A stretch of DNA of 64,000 nt from a virus. Its lineage: Duplodnaviria > Caudoviricetes. Both the position numbers and the translations under genes were made by a program. The stretch lies in IMG/VR virus record IMGVR_UViG_3300012942_000002, positions 5,772 to 69,771 of that record. The stretch is one strand, 5' to 3'. The notes beneath the pieces were generated by a model. That model was not told the origin of the DNA and searched no databases. It worked only from the letters and a program-made list of their open reading frames with translations. Position 1 is the stretch's first letter; the number at the start of each line of letters is the position of its first letter. This document shows, one piece after another, positions 26,910-37,532 of the stretch.

Positions 26910-27290
26910 CTAGATCTGCACACCGAAGTGCGCGGCGAGGCGGCCCACGAGATCCGCCTTGAGCTTGAGGTCGCTCACGTCGAGCTCCTCCTTGGCGGCC
27001 AGGTCCCGCAGCTGCGCCACGGTCAGACCCTCCAGGTCCGAGAGCGTCGGCTCGTCGCCCTTGGGCCCGACCGGGTTGGTGGTCGGGTCCTCGTCGAGCT
27101 CCTGCTCCTCATCGAAGTCGCCGACCGGCTCGGGCTCGTCCGGCACCTCCAGGAACCAGACACCAGCGGAACCCTCCGGACCGAACCGGGCGCGCACCTC
27201 CTCCTTCTCCTCGCGTGTGAGCCAGTCCTTCTCCAGGATCAGGCCCTTCTTCCCCTTGGCCAGGAAGATGTCGATCGCCGACATGGTCAC
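26910..27290 (-). CDS. protein with C-terminal Rho-N/HeH-like nucleic-acid-binding domain
   Basis: LEGLTVAQLRDLAAKEELDVSDLKLKADLVGRL. Confidence 0.65.
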   Translation of the reverse strand: MTMSAIDIFLAKGKKGLILEKDWLTREEKEEVRARFGPEGSAGVWFLEVPDEPEPVGDFDEEQELDEDPTTNPVGPKGDEPTLSDLEGLTVAQLRDLAAKEELDVSDLKLKADLVGRLAAHFGVQI

Positions 27291-28837
27291 TCCTCTTCCA
27301 CGTTGGTCTCACGCAGCCCGGCGATGTCGCCGAACAGGTCTGCTATCAGCTCGTTGGCCTGGCTGAGGTCGATGCCCAGCGCAGCCGCCGTGCCGATCTT
27401 CTGCACCGCGTCACCCATGGTGTTGAGCAGCGTCACTCGGCGCAGGAGCTCTGTGTCGTTCGGCTTGCCCGTCAGCCACTGGCGCACGGTCTCCTCGTCG
27501 TAGCCCGCCTCAGCGAACGCGATCTCCGGCGGAACCCCGAGCTCGATCTTCTTCTGGACGAGGTCCAGCTTCTCCGTCTCGGAGACGTACTCGATCGGCT
27601 TCCACTTGATGCTCAGCGAGAAGTCATCGGGCAGCTCCTCGAACGCCAGCTCAAGCGCCATGTACAGCATCTCGTCGAACTGGGAGTCCAGGAGCTTCTG
27701 CTGCCACTCGGTCTTGGTGTTGAGCCGGGCGTCACGCTGCCTGATCGACTCACCAGTGGGCGTGCCTCCGCCCGTGGAGTCTGCCGTGAAGTAGTACACA
27801 GGCGTGTTCGTGGCGGCAGCCATGAGCTGCACAGCCTTCTCCAACGGCTTGAGGTACTGCTCCACGTCGGCGCTGGAGAACTGGCCCACCGAGTCGAAGC
27901 CCGACAGGTCCCAGATGCGCCCCGGTCCCGACACCAGCTTGCTCACGACGTTCTCGTCCTGGTCCGGAACGGTGTCGTCCTGCCCCGACCAGTCGATGTC
28001 GTCGCCGCCCTGCCCCGTTGAGCGCGTCTTGGCCAGCGCGTACCGCTGGGGGAAGGCGTTGAAGTCCGAGCCCGACACCTCGTTCACGAGGAACTTGGTG
28101 ATCTGGTTCTGCGGCCCGTAAGCGTTCTTGTGCAGCGGGCAGCCGTACGGGAGATCGTTGCGGAGGTGGATGAACGGGATCTGCCCGGTCGGGTTGTCCA
28201 CGTCCTCCACGTACTCGAAGTCGTCGATCCCGCACTTGTTGAGCGGCGTCTCGTAGAGCTCGATGGTGCCGTCGGCGAGGTACAGCCACGCCCGCTCCTG
28301 CTTGCCCTTGCCGGTCTTGAGCCGCTTGACGGCGTGCGTCTTGCGAGCCGGGTTGAGGTCGTCATAGAAGACGCGCACCTTCATGGGCGACTGGTAGCAC
28401 GCGATGATGCCGGTCATCACCTGCTGAGGCTCGTCCGCGCCGGGCGCACCCTCTTCGGTGACGACCTGCTCTTCGTCGTCGTACTCCGGCCACATGAAGA
28501 TGTAGGCGTCGCCGAACTTCTCGGCCGCCAGGATCGCCGTCTTGTGCACGAACTGGAGCTGGTTCGCCTTCCAGACCTCGTCCTGGACGAAGGCAGTCAT
28601 CTCCTCGTCGTTGGTCTGGATGTCGACAATCTCCAGCTTCTCCACAACGGCGTCAACCGGGACCGCGCTGAGCACGGCCTTGTAGTTGACCTCCTTGCGG
28701 ACCAACAGGCGCTGCATCACCAGCGACTGAAAGGGCTCCACGAATGTGCCCTTGTAGAACTTGTCGGCCTCGACATAACCGGGCCTGGCGTGGTCGAGCT
28801 CCTTCAGGGAGTCTCGCAGGATCTGCTTGTGCGGCAC
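27287..28837 (-). CDS. portal protein (SPP1 gp6-like)
   Basis: AAGGAGG 6 nt before GTG 28837; follows TerL; NPTGQIPFIHL, TGESIR motifs. Confidence 0.88.
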   Translation of the reverse strand: MPHKQILRDSLKELDHARPGYVEADKFYKGTFVEPFQSLVMQRLLVRKEVNYKAVLSAVPVDAVVEKLEIVDIQTNDEEMTAFVQDEVWKANQLQFVHKTAILAAEKFGDAYIFMWPEYDDEEQVVTEEGAPGADEPQQVMTGIIACYQSPMKVRVFYDDLNPARKTHAVKRLKTGKGKQERAWLYLADGTIELYETPLNKCGIDDFEYVEDVDNPTGQIPFIHLRNDLPYGCPLHKNAYGPQNQITKFLVNEVSGSDFNAFPQRYALAKTRSTGQGGDDIDWSGQDDTVPDQDENVVSKLVSGPGRIWDLSGFDSVGQFSSADVEQYLKPLEKAVQLMAAATNTPVYYFTADSTGGGTPTGESIRQRDARLNTKTEWQQKLLDSQFDEMLYMALELAFEELPDDFSLSIKWKPIEYVSETEKLDLVQKKIELGVPPEIAFAEAGYDEETVRQWLTGKPNDTELLRRVTLLNTMGDAVQKIGTAAALGIDLSQANELIADLFGDIAGLRETNVEEE

Positions 28838-28968
28838 AATTGGCCTCCTTCCCGTAAACGAATCCAGACGCAATTCAGCCGGGGTCAGAGGCTCCATTCA
28901 GAACCGAATCCTGCATCGCCCCAGCCAGGGCATCGAGGCCAATCAGCCGCAATGCGGGAAGTATACCC

Positions 28969-30576
28969 TCACGCATATGCTCCGCTGGAGACCTTGCGCC
29001 GCTGAACCTTGGGAGCGCCCAACAGCTTGAGGACGGCATTGCCCACGGCGTCAACAATGTCGTCGTGCTTGAGCTTGGGGAAGCCGACCATGTTCTCCTC
29101 GGCCTGCTGAAGGCGCTGCGTGTGCAGGACACGGGTCGGAATCCTCTGGTACATGGCGTGCACCTTTCCGGCTCGGACCTCCTTGGGCTCGCTGTTGTGG
29201 ATGAGCACGACCTTGACCGGCATGTCGTGCATGACCTCTCGCCAGAGCTCGCCGCCCTGGTTCGACTCCACCAGGATCACCTTGATCTCGGGGTACATCT
29301 CGAGGATGTGCAGGATCTTCTGGCGCAGCGCCTTGCCCAGGAGCTTGACGCCCACGGCGTACTTGACCTCGCAGCGTCGACGCGGATCGCCAGGCATGTG
29401 AGCCGTGGCCCCAACAACGGCCAGCCCTGTGAAGTCCGACTTCTTCTTGTCCGTGACTGCACCGTCAACGCTGAGGATGGTGATGGCGCACGGCAGCGAG
29501 CCATAGGTGAAGTCGTCCCGAGTCCAGTACTGGCCATCGATCGCGAGCGGGTCGTTCTCGTAGTTCTTGGCGAACGACCGGGTGTGGCGCACCGAGTTGA
29601 GCCAGTCCATCGGCCACTTCTCCGGCCACAGGCTGGTCTCGTTGCCGTCGTCGTCGATGTTGATCGGCTTGTAGTGGTGCACACGGAACTTCTCAGTCTT
29701 GATCCACTCCTCGACCTCGTCCTCGGGGATCTCGCCTCGCTGCGCCGCAGCAGCCTTGACCATCTGGTGCGTGATCGAGCCGGGCATGGTGACGGTGCCA
29801 GCCAGGATGACGCGGGCTCGGATGTTGAGCGGCAGGATGGCGTCGGTCAGAGTGCCCAGGCGCTGCTGCATCTGGTAGTCCGAGTAGCTGGCCTCATCGG
29901 GCTCCAGGTCGTCCAGGATCAGGAGGTCCGGACGCTTGTCCTCGACCTTCATACCCAGGACAGAGACGTCTGCGCCTCCAGCAGCGAACACGAACCCCGA
30001 TTGCGCCTGGTACAGGTCCTGGGTGTCGGACACGTTCACGTTGCCACGCCTCTTGAGCGGCATGCACAGGTCTGGGAAGTCAGCCTGAAGCAGGTCGTTG
30101 GTCTCCAGCTCTCGCTTGAACGACGACAGGTGCTTCTTGGCCTGGGGTCCAGAGTCGGCGAACGCAGCGACGAACGACACGTGCTGATGCGCAGCAGCCC
30201 ACATGGGCAGGATCTTGAACAGCCAGGTGGACTTGCCGGCATCTCGGGGTGCGATGAAGGCGTCGCGCATCTCGCCAGGGCCGAACTGGCTGGCGGGCTT
30301 CTCAGCCCACTCACGAGCCTTCTCGCAGAGGTCCCAGTGGAACTCCGACATCGAGATGACGCCCACCTCTGAGTCGGCTCCCTCAGCGATGTCCTCCATC
30401 GGTGCCGGCATCTTGAGCGAGTGCGGCATGTAGGTCAAGGCGAACAGGAGCGGCTCGTCCACAGTGAGGTATCGCCTGCCGACCGACTGGCCCAGCAGCA
30501 TGCGCAGCGCCTCAACGGAGCCGTCGCACATGGCGTCTGCCACGTCCTGGAAGTAGTCAGCCAGCGTCGTCGTCAT
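28969..30576 (-). CDS. terL: terminase large subunit
   Basis: APRDAGKST Walker A, LLILDD Walker B, SVDGA...DFTG, FPKLKHDDIVDA nuclease motif. Confidence 0.93.
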   Translation of the reverse strand: MTTTLADYFQDVADAMCDGSVEALRMLLGQSVGRRYLTVDEPLLFALTYMPHSLKMPAPMEDIAEGADSEVGVISMSEFHWDLCEKAREWAEKPASQFGPGEMRDAFIAPRDAGKSTWLFKILPMWAAAHQHVSFVAAFADSGPQAKKHLSSFKRELETNDLLQADFPDLCMPLKRRGNVNVSDTQDLYQAQSGFVFAAGGADVSVLGMKVEDKRPDLLILDDLEPDEASYSDYQMQQRLGTLTDAILPLNIRARVILAGTVTMPGSITHQMVKAAAAQRGEIPEDEVEEWIKTEKFRVHHYKPINIDDDGNETSLWPEKWPMDWLNSVRHTRSFAKNYENDPLAIDGQYWTRDDFTYGSLPCAITILSVDGAVTDKKKSDFTGLAVVGATAHMPGDPRRRCEVKYAVGVKLLGKALRQKILHILEMYPEIKVILVESNQGGELWREVMHDMPVKVVLIHNSEPKEVRAGKVHAMYQRIPTRVLHTQRLQQAEENMVGFPKLKHDDIVDAVGNAVLKLLGAPKVQRRKVSSGAYA

Positions 30577-30853
30577 CGTCCGTCCCCATCTCGTTACGCG
30601 CCACCTCAGCGCGCAGTACGGTATGCGTGTAGTCCAGCAGCCCCATGACTCTGTGGTATGGCAGCCCACCTCCCATGGGCAGCACCATCATGACCGAGCC
30701 CGCTGTGTCGCCCTCGTCGTCGATGGACTGGACTGCGCACAGCGTCACGTACTCGGTCAGCATGCCTGTGGCCCCACGAAGCCGGAGCACTCGCTCAATG
30801 GCGCGCTCCAGCTCCGCATAGGCTTCCTTCTGTTCTGGGTTGAGCCGGGGCAT
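30557..30853 (-). CDS. hypothetical protein
   Basis: Continues the operon; coding-like GC3. Confidence 0.7.
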   Translation of the reverse strand: MPRLNPEQKEAYAELERAIERVLRLRGATGMLTEYVTLCAVQSIDDEGDTAGSVMMVLPMGGGLPYHRVMGLLDYTHTVLRAEVARNEMGTDDDDDAG

Positions 30854-30854
30854 G

Positions 30855-31349
30855 TCAGCAGTCGCAGTCCACCGCAGCCAGAGCCTCGACGTTCACATCG
30901 AGGTTGCGCAGCATCTCGTCCACTCGCTCCGGGTTCGACACCTCGTTCATGAGGTCTCGCCTGAGCCGTGCCGCCCTGTGACGCATCGCCTCAGCCCCGC
31001 TCATGGCGCGCAGCGGACGGGCCGCAGGGAGCGCCTCCTCCACCTCTGCGATGTCGGACATCACGCTGAGCTCCATGGGGAGCGGGTCGTAGTCGTCGTC
31101 CTCCTCGACACCGATCCCCTGCTGCTCCTCCAGGAACGCCGACATGTCGACGCCGAAGTACTCCAGCAGCTTGAGCAGCCTGTCGTTTGGCGGGTCCAGC
31201 TCGGACAGCAGCTGCATGTACAGCCGCTGCGCCGCGCCCTTGTCTCCCGTGGGCGGACGAGTCCATCCCTGGGACTCCAGCCAGACGGCCGTGCTCTCGT
31301 CGACGCTGAGCGCCACCTGGACGCCCACGGTCAGTTGTGCGTCAGCCAT
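30855..31349 (-). CDS. hypothetical protein
   Basis: GAGGAG RBS; coding-like GC3. Confidence 0.7.
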   Translation of the reverse strand: MADAQLTVGVQVALSVDESTAVWLESQGWTRPPTGDKGAAQRLYMQLLSELDPPNDRLLKLLEYFGVDMSAFLEEQQGIGVEEDDDYDPLPMELSVMSDIAEVEEALPAARPLRAMSGAEAMRHRAARLRRDLMNEVSNPERVDEMLRNLDVNVEALAAVDCDC

Positions 31350-32091
31350 TGTCCGTCTCCTCGTTCTTCACCTTGTCGAGGCCACACTGCTGGTGGCGCT
31401 TGGCGTATCCGATCGTGGTGCCGTCGCCCAGCAACAGAGCGGCAGGCTTGCCACATGTCGGGCATGCCACATGGCGCGCGATCAGGATGTCGTCTCCGTT
31501 GGGCATGCGGAACGCGACAGCCTCCTCGATGCGCTGCCACTCCTGCGTGTCCCTGTTGATCGTGTCCTGCGGCATGCCCAGCATGTTCTTGCTCTCCTCA
31601 TCTCGGCACACCCAGCAGGCGCACCGTCGGTTGTCAACGCAGTTGTGCGAGTCCATCCAGCACGACGTGCAGACTAGACGCGCTTGCGCTCCTTGCCCTT
31701 CTTCGCGGGCCACCTCAGGGCGTACGAGGCCTTGCTCGCCTCGATCGCTGCGCCCTGCGTCTCCGCCTGCTTCCTCGTCGGGTACACCGTCCCGCTCGGA
31801 CCCCAGCGGTATCCGGAACTCACCTTCTGCACCGGCATGGTCATCACCTCCCACGACTATCTTACGCAGTCCGGCCACCGGCATTCTGTAGATGACGTGG
31901 CCCAGCGCGAGCGCCTCATCCAGCTCGATGGTCGTGCCGATGCCGTCCCAGGGAATGTCGTCCCATCGCATCTCAGGATTGCGCACCTTCGCCATGGCGC
32001 GCCCCTGCTCCAGCGTGGCCGTCGACATAGCCACCACACGACCCGGCTCCTCGGACTCGACATCGATCCGCAGCATCGCCCGGCCCATCAT
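31342..32091 (-). CDS. hypothetical protein with Zn-finger-like Cys motifs
   Basis: CTSC..C..CACWVC and CPTC; overlaps both neighbours. Confidence 0.6.
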   Translation of the reverse strand: MMGRAMLRIDVESEEPGRVVAMSTATLEQGRAMAKVRNPEMRWDDIPWDGIGTTIELDEALALGHVIYRMPVAGLRKIVVGGDDHAGAEGEFRIPLGSERDGVPDEEAGGDAGRSDRGEQGLVRPEVAREEGQGAQARLVCTSCWMDSHNCVDNRRCACWVCRDEESKNMLGMPQDTINRDTQEWQRIEEAVAFRMPNGDDILIARHVACPTCGKPAALLLGDGTTIGYAKRHQQCGLDKVKNEETDNG

Positions 32092-32354
32092 GCGTCATCG
32101 ACCCCTGCCAGCTGAAGCAGCTCGGCGAAGTGGCTCTGGAGCTCTGCCGGCATCTTGCTCCTCAGCTCCACAATGAGCCATGCCCGACGCGCAGCCGGAT
32201 CGAACCGATAGCCAGACGCCCACAGCACCTTGGCCATGGCCTTGTAGTCGACACCGTCCTGCTCCTGGCACGAGTGCTCATCCGTGGCCGACAGGCCCGC
32301 AGACACAGCGCTCACGAACTCCTGATATCCAACGACCAACCTGTCGCCGCTCAT
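32088..32354 (-). CDS. hypothetical protein
   Basis: ATGA overlaps on both sides. Confidence 0.65.
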   Translation of the reverse strand: MSGDRLVVGYQEFVSAVSAGLSATDEHSCQEQDGVDYKAMAKVLWASGYRFDPAARRAWLIVELRSKMPAELQSHFAELLQLAGVDDA

Positions 32355-32662
32355 GCCGCCTTCTCCATCCCCCTCTGTCGCTGCGCCCTCGCACAGCTAT
32401 GAACGTCCTTGCACTCCATGCGGCCAGACCAGCGCCTCATCCTGTCCGACCTACGAACCCGTCCGCACCATGCGCACTCGTAGCGCTTGTGCTTCGAGGA
32501 CGAGTCCGCGAGCGAGCAGTAGCCGTTCCGATGCATCACAGCATGGACCGTCGTACCGTGGCCGCAGCGCGGGCAGGCCAGCACAACACCTGTCTTCCTA
32601 CGACCCGACCATCCACACCGTCCGCAACGATGCCTCTTGCACTCCTTGCAGCGGACCGACAC
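32351..32662 (-). CDS. Cys-rich zinc-finger protein
   Basis: Four CxxC pairs; GGAGG RBS. Confidence 0.65.
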   Translation of the reverse strand: MSVRCKECKRHRCGRCGWSGRRKTGVVLACPRCGHGTTVHAVMHRNGYCSLADSSSKHKRYECAWCGRVRRSDRMRRWSGRMECKDVHSCARAQRQRGMEKAA

Positions 32663-32809
32663 GCCGTCACCTCCGATCGAACCCCCGAGCCGCGCCCAGG
32701 GATGCCCCGTAAACCGATTCTTTGGGGCCTACGGCGAGCCGCTACCCCATCCCCCTCCCCCGGTCCCACCCGACCCGTAAAAGGCCCGCAGAACCCAACG
32801 CTGTGATTC

Positions 32810-33325
32810 TCACTGCTCTCGGTTCACGACCTCGCCCTGTATGACGTGGCCCTCACCGGCAGGGGCAACGCCGAAGAACTGGTCCAGCAGTCGCTGCGCC
32901 TCGTTGGCATCTCCCTCACGACTGTTCACGTTCATGTCGACCTTGATCGGCTTCTCGACACCAGTGAGCCGCATCTCGCGGTCCAGCAATCGCGTCCAGG
33001 CTGCCACTGCCTTCTCGTCACCCATCATCACTCGCTTGGACAGCGCTCGTTTTGCGATGGCGATCTGGTCAAGCAAATGCTGACGATACTCGTCGGCCTT
33101 CTCCTCCAGCTCCGGCTTGATGCGGTCCTGTATCCACCGCCTCACCGTCTCGAACGCCAGAGAGTCCCCGAACTCCTCGTTGACGATCTCCACCGTCTCA
33201 CGCAATGTGTAGGACTCACGCCTGAGCTCAATGGCACGTGTGGTGACGAGATCCCTGAACTCATTGGTGATATCCGTGGGCCTCCCTCCTCGCCGCCGCC
33301 CCGTCCTCTTCTGAAGCCTGCCCAT
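32810..33325 (-). CDS. terS: probable terminase small subunit
   Basis: N-terminal GRP plus HTH (AIELRRESYTLRET...ETVRRWI), helical core, first gene of the packaging operon. Confidence 0.65.
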   Translation of the reverse strand: MGRLQKRTGRRRGGRPTDITNEFRDLVTTRAIELRRESYTLRETVEIVNEEFGDSLAFETVRRWIQDRIKPELEEKADEYRQHLLDQIAIAKRALSKRVMMGDEKAVAAWTRLLDREMRLTGVEKPIKVDMNVNSREGDANEAQRLLDQFFGVAPAGEGHVIQGEVVNREQ

Positions 33326-33344
33326 GCACATCCACCCCATATCG

Positions 33345-33880
33345 ACTCGTTACTTCCGCCTCTCCAAGCCTACCCCCAGCGACTCGTTTCCCGCTCTCCA
33401 CACACTCTCCACCTCATCCGGAGGGCAAATCCCTCCGACCCCTCCGCACTTCCCTCCCTGAATCCCTCCCTCTCAAACACATCCCTACCTGCTCATACTC
33501 TTCCTAAGGAGGGAAAGAGGGATTTGAAAGCGCAAAAGTTCGCGTAAAGGGTAGGTAGGACTAAACCCATTTTATCAACATATTTCACCTCTCGGCCTTA
33601 GCCCCGAGACCCAGACCTAACGGGATAGTTTTTCAGTTAAGAGGGTCCCTCTTCCCTCCTCGGACGATCCCCTCCGACATTCCCGCAGGTCACACACACT
33701 TTCAACACGGAGGGCTCTGAGGGGGGATCTGAATCCCTCCGCCCCCTCCTAACCCCTCCCGGTCTCCACATCACGCATAATTCACACATTTCATCCACAC
33801 CCAGAGCGCCGAAACGCGCGGTAGAGTATACTGAACCTCGGCCCTATAGCCGAACCCGAGACCAGCAGACAAGGACAACC
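33345..33880. other. C-rich noncoding region between divergent units; candidate replication origin or packaging region
   Basis: AATCCCTCC at 33428, 33461 and 33732, many CCCTCC, AT-rich core ~33520-33640; next to TerS and the primase operon. Confidence 0.5.
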
Positions 33881-33882
33881 AG

Positions 33883-34371
33883 ATGGCCAAGAAGGTCGCC
33901 TCTCCCGAGCTCCAGGCTCGAATGAGGAGCGCAATCGCCATGATCGGGCGTGGCGTCAACCAGAACAAGCCCGAAATGGAGCTGGAGGGGCGTCGTCTCC
34001 TGGCAGCCGCTCGCATCGAGAACGAGATCCTGATACACGCGGAGTTCCTGCGTAAGGAGGACCTGCGCCCTCTGGCGTCCATCCTCTTCGGAACCCCGGT
34101 TGACGACCTCGATGACGAGGACTACACCGCAGACGCGGTCGAGACCAACTCCGAGGCCCTCGCTCGCAGCAAGGCTCTGGATGAGCGGGCCAAGGAGCTG
34201 GAGGACTACCCGCTCACGGCTCTCGACGTCCCCGACGACGCCCGCGCGCTCGCTCCTCCGCTCCGCCCCACCAAGGAAGAGCGGATCGCAGCCATGCGCA
34301 GTGGATACGAGCGCGAGCGGGCCCAGTACCCCCAGCCCGAGCTGCTGGACGACCCCGATGACATCGAGTAG
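33883..34371 (+). CDS. hypothetical protein
   Basis: AAGGA RBS, coding-like GC3; TATACT -10 near 33827. Confidence 0.75.
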   Translation: MAKKVASPELQARMRSAIAMIGRGVNQNKPEMELEGRRLLAAARIENEILIHAEFLRKEDLRPLASILFGTPVDDLDDEDYTADAVETNSEALARSKALDERAKELEDYPLTALDVPDDARALAPPLRPTKEERIAAMRSGYERERAQYPQPELLDDPDDIE

Positions 34372-34407
34372 CCCCGCCTCTGAGCAGTACCCTTACCAGC
34401 ACCAAGC

Positions 34408-37224
34408 ATGAACGGAGGCAGGGCCATAAACACCAGGCCACAGCGCGAGAAGTACAGGCCGAAGCCGAAGCCAGAGGACCTGTGCAAGTGCACGCCGCAG
34501 TCGGACGGTATCAGCGTCCAGTGGGGCACTGTCACGCACCAGTTCCCCTACTTCGACAAGAGTAACACGCGGCTGTTCTCGCGATTCCGCTACGTCATCG
34601 ATATCGATGGGCACAGCGCAGGTCCACAGGGCGACAAGACGTTCCGCTACTGCCCGTGCTACAACAAGACGTTCGCTCAGCACAAGTTTGTGTTGTACGG
34701 CGCACCGCGCATTGCGGAGGCTGTCAAGAACAATGCGCCCTACATCTATCTCGTGGAGGGCGAGAAGGACGCAGAGGCCATCTGGGAGTTCGCCGACCAG
34801 TACGCCACGACCTCGCATCTGGGTGTCTCCTTCTACCCCGAGATCGCGGAGCACTTCCGTGGTTATCAGGGATACGTCATCATCGTTATTGACAGGGACC
34901 ACCTGGACCCCAGGCACCAGGCGGACTTCAATCACGAGGATCCGAAGAAGCGCAAGGACTACCCCGGCTCTGCACGTGCCATTCGCGTGGCGCGAGCGCT
35001 GAAGAGCGTCGGGGTCAAGTACAAGTTCCGCGAGGCCAACCGCAAGGGTGCTAAGGACGCCTATGACCAGTTGGCGAAGAAGGGCAAGGTATTTCCGCCC
35101 GACGAGATGCGGACGATACGCACGGCAACCCTTCAGGAGCGTGCCCCTCGCGAGTGGAGCCGCAAGGGCAACGTCAAGGCGACGCTGTCCGGCGGCGACA
35201 TGCCCGAGGGTCCGGCGCTGAAGCGGGTTGTTGCGGCGTTCGAGGCCAAGGGCTACAGCCTGGACAAGATCGGACCGAGCAGGTACAAGACCAACTGCCC
35301 GCACCCCGAGCACGACGACCGCAACCCCAGCTTCGAGTTCGACCAGGGCGACGAGGGCGCAGTTCTCACGTGCGAGTCCAGGCCATACGAGACAGAGGAC
35401 ATCGCGGAGAAGGAGAAGATCCTCCAGGAGCTGGGCCTCACCTGGCAGGACCTCTTCGACAAGCGCAAGCCGACCACGCGCAAGGTCAAGCTCCAGGCCG
35501 ACCCCAGCAAGCAGGTCGAGGCGCACGAGTGGCCCGCGTTCCACGACGCGTTCAAGGGGCACATCGGCACCACCACCAACAACGAGCCCAACGACAAGGG
35601 CAACGGCAAGCGGATGCTGGAGCTCTACGGCAAGGTGTTCCGCAAGGTCAACACCGGCCCCGAGACCGGCTGGCGCGTCTGGACGGGCACCCACTGGGGC
35701 ATGGACACATCGGGGCTCGCTATGGCCGCAACGGCCGACCTCACCAGCTACATGGAGGCAGTAGAGGTCTTCGACTACGAGGACCAGGACTGCCCCGCGT
35801 TCCCGAGCGACTGGGACGTCCTCAACGCCTCAGGGAAGCCCTACAAGGCGCTCCTCGGGCGCTACGGAGCGTTCGCTCAGGCCCCGGCCCAGACGATGGC
35901 CTACGCGGCCAAGGGAGCCGAGCAGGCGGACTTCCTGGGTGAGCGTCTGGCGTGGGAGCAGAGCGACAACATCTTCCAGCGCACGCTCCAGTGGATCGAG
36001 AAGTGCAAGGATGGCGCGCGCATGCGTGAAGCCGTCAAGCAGCTGGAGCACCAGCCCGGCATCTCCGTCACGGACGAGGAGTTCGACAATGTGCGCGGCA
36101 CCTTCTGCGTGCAGAACGGCGAGATCGACACGCACACACTGGAGCTGGGTCCGCACAAGCTGGAGGACATGAACACGCGCATCTCGCCCGTGGCGTACCG
36201 GCCGAATGCCCAGGCACCCATCTGGGAGGCGTACCTCGCCACGAACCAGCCCAACGAGGACACGCGCCGTTACCTCCAGAAGCTGGCCGGATACGCCATG
36301 TCCGGCGACGGTGACCAGAAGCTGATCGCCTTCATGTACAGCCGTCTCGGAGACACGGGCAAGTCGCTGTTCCTCAAGGTGATCGAGCGGGTCCTGGGCT
36401 CGACCTACAGCGCCACCCTGGCCGAGGGAGCGCTCAGCAAGCGTCGGTTCGACACGGGAGGTCGTGACCCCGACCGCGACGCCATCCGGGGCAAGCGCTT
36501 CGTCGTCAGCAGCGAGCTCGCACCCAACGAGCCTCTGGACGAGCGCTTTGTCAAGCAGCTCACGGGCGGCGACGGTGTCTCCACGCGAGGCAACTACTCC
36601 AGGGAAGGCAACACCCGCTGGCAGCCCGAGTGCCTCGTGCTCGTGGCCACGAACCACCTCAGCCGCATCAACGCCGAGGACGAGGCCATCTGGAACCGCA
36701 TCCAGGTTGTGCCGTGGAACGTGGCGTTCCCCAAGGGACACCCCGACCGTGACGAGAAGCTGGCTGACAAGATCCTCGGCGACGGCGGGTTCCCCGGCGA
36801 GCAGGAGGGCGTTCTGGCCTGGATCGTCGAGGGGCTCCGCCTGTACCGCGAGGAGGGGCTGTTCCCGCCGGAGGAGGTCCAGGACGCATCGATGGGTTAC
36901 AGGACCAACGCAGACATCGTGCAGCGCTGGCTTGTGCACGCGAGCTCTGAGGGCGACATCGAGATCGGCGAGCACTCCGAGGAGAAGGACGGCGAGCGCT
37001 ATGTGTGCCAGGTCACTCCTCTGCACAGCGCATTCGAGGCGTGGTCCAAGAAGGAGCACGCTCGCGACATCCCCGGCCTCCAGGCGTTCGGTCGCAGGCT
37101 CGAAGAGCTGGGCTACGAGAAGATCGCCAAGTACAGGCGCGACCCATACAAGGGGCGCGCGGTGATCGTCGGCATCCGCATGTCAGCAGAGGGCTCGTTC
37201 AGGTTGGAGCTGAACAAGGAATGA
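34408..37224 (+). CDS. primase-helicase (TOPRIM + Zn-binding + D5/P4-type SF3 helicase)
   Basis: VEGEKDA, IDRD, CPHPEHDDRNPS, GDTGKS, VKQLTGGD, ATNHL, AIWNRI. Confidence 0.92.
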   Translation: MNGGRAINTRPQREKYRPKPKPEDLCKCTPQSDGISVQWGTVTHQFPYFDKSNTRLFSRFRYVIDIDGHSAGPQGDKTFRYCPCYNKTFAQHKFVLYGAPRIAEAVKNNAPYIYLVEGEKDAEAIWEFADQYATTSHLGVSFYPEIAEHFRGYQGYVIIVIDRDHLDPRHQADFNHEDPKKRKDYPGSARAIRVARALKSVGVKYKFREANRKGAKDAYDQLAKKGKVFPPDEMRTIRTATLQERAPREWSRKGNVKATLSGGDMPEGPALKRVVAAFEAKGYSLDKIGPSRYKTNCPHPEHDDRNPSFEFDQGDEGAVLTCESRPYETEDIAEKEKILQELGLTWQDLFDKRKPTTRKVKLQADPSKQVEAHEWPAFHDAFKGHIGTTTNNEPNDKGNGKRMLELYGKVFRKVNTGPETGWRVWTGTHWGMDTSGLAMAATADLTSYMEAVEVFDYEDQDCPAFPSDWDVLNASGKPYKALLGRYGAFAQAPAQTMAYAAKGAEQADFLGERLAWEQSDNIFQRTLQWIEKCKDGARMREAVKQLEHQPGISVTDEEFDNVRGTFCVQNGEIDTHTLELGPHKLEDMNTRISPVAYRPNAQAPIWEAYLATNQPNEDTRRYLQKLAGYAMSGDGDQKLIAFMYSRLGDTGKSLFLKVIERVLGSTYSATLAEGALSKRRFDTGGRDPDRDAIRGKRFVVSSELAPNEPLDERFVKQLTGGDGVSTRGNYSREGNTRWQPECLVLVATNHLSRINAEDEAIWNRIQVVPWNVAFPKGHPDRDEKLADKILGDGGFPGEQEGVLAWIVEGLRLYREEGLFPPEEVQDASMGYRTNADIVQRWLVHASSEGDIEIGEHSEEKDGERYVCQVTPLHSAFEAWSKKEHARDIPGLQAFGRRLEELGYEKIAKYRRDPYKGRAVIVGIRMSAEGSFRLELNKE

Positions 37225-37445
37225 GCAAGGGCCAGTGTGCATGGTGTCCGTGGGACTGTCCGAGCCCTGAGACAGCGGCATGCCGGCAGCCACAAGCGCC
37301 GGTGCCTCCGGTGCTGGCTGGGGTTTGCGAGCCAGCGTGGCGGGTATCCGGTCGGGAAGTGAAGCGGAAGCGTGGGACGGTGGACGTCATCCGAGACCTG
37401 TCGGACTGGCCACAGCCAACTGCAGAGGCTGTAGAGAGCCCGTAG
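37221..37445 (+). CDS. small Cys-containing hypothetical protein
   Basis: ATGA overlap with the primase stop. Confidence 0.55.
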   Translation: MSKGQCAWCPWDCPSPETAACRQPQAPVPPVLAGVCEPAWRVSGREVKRKRGTVDVIRDLSDWPQPTAEAVESP

Positions 37446-37532
37446 GCGAGAGATGCACATCTCCAGCATCCGTTAAAGCCCACCCATGAGGCCGGCATGT
37501 GCAGGCGGCCATATGCACAGGAAGGACAAGCA

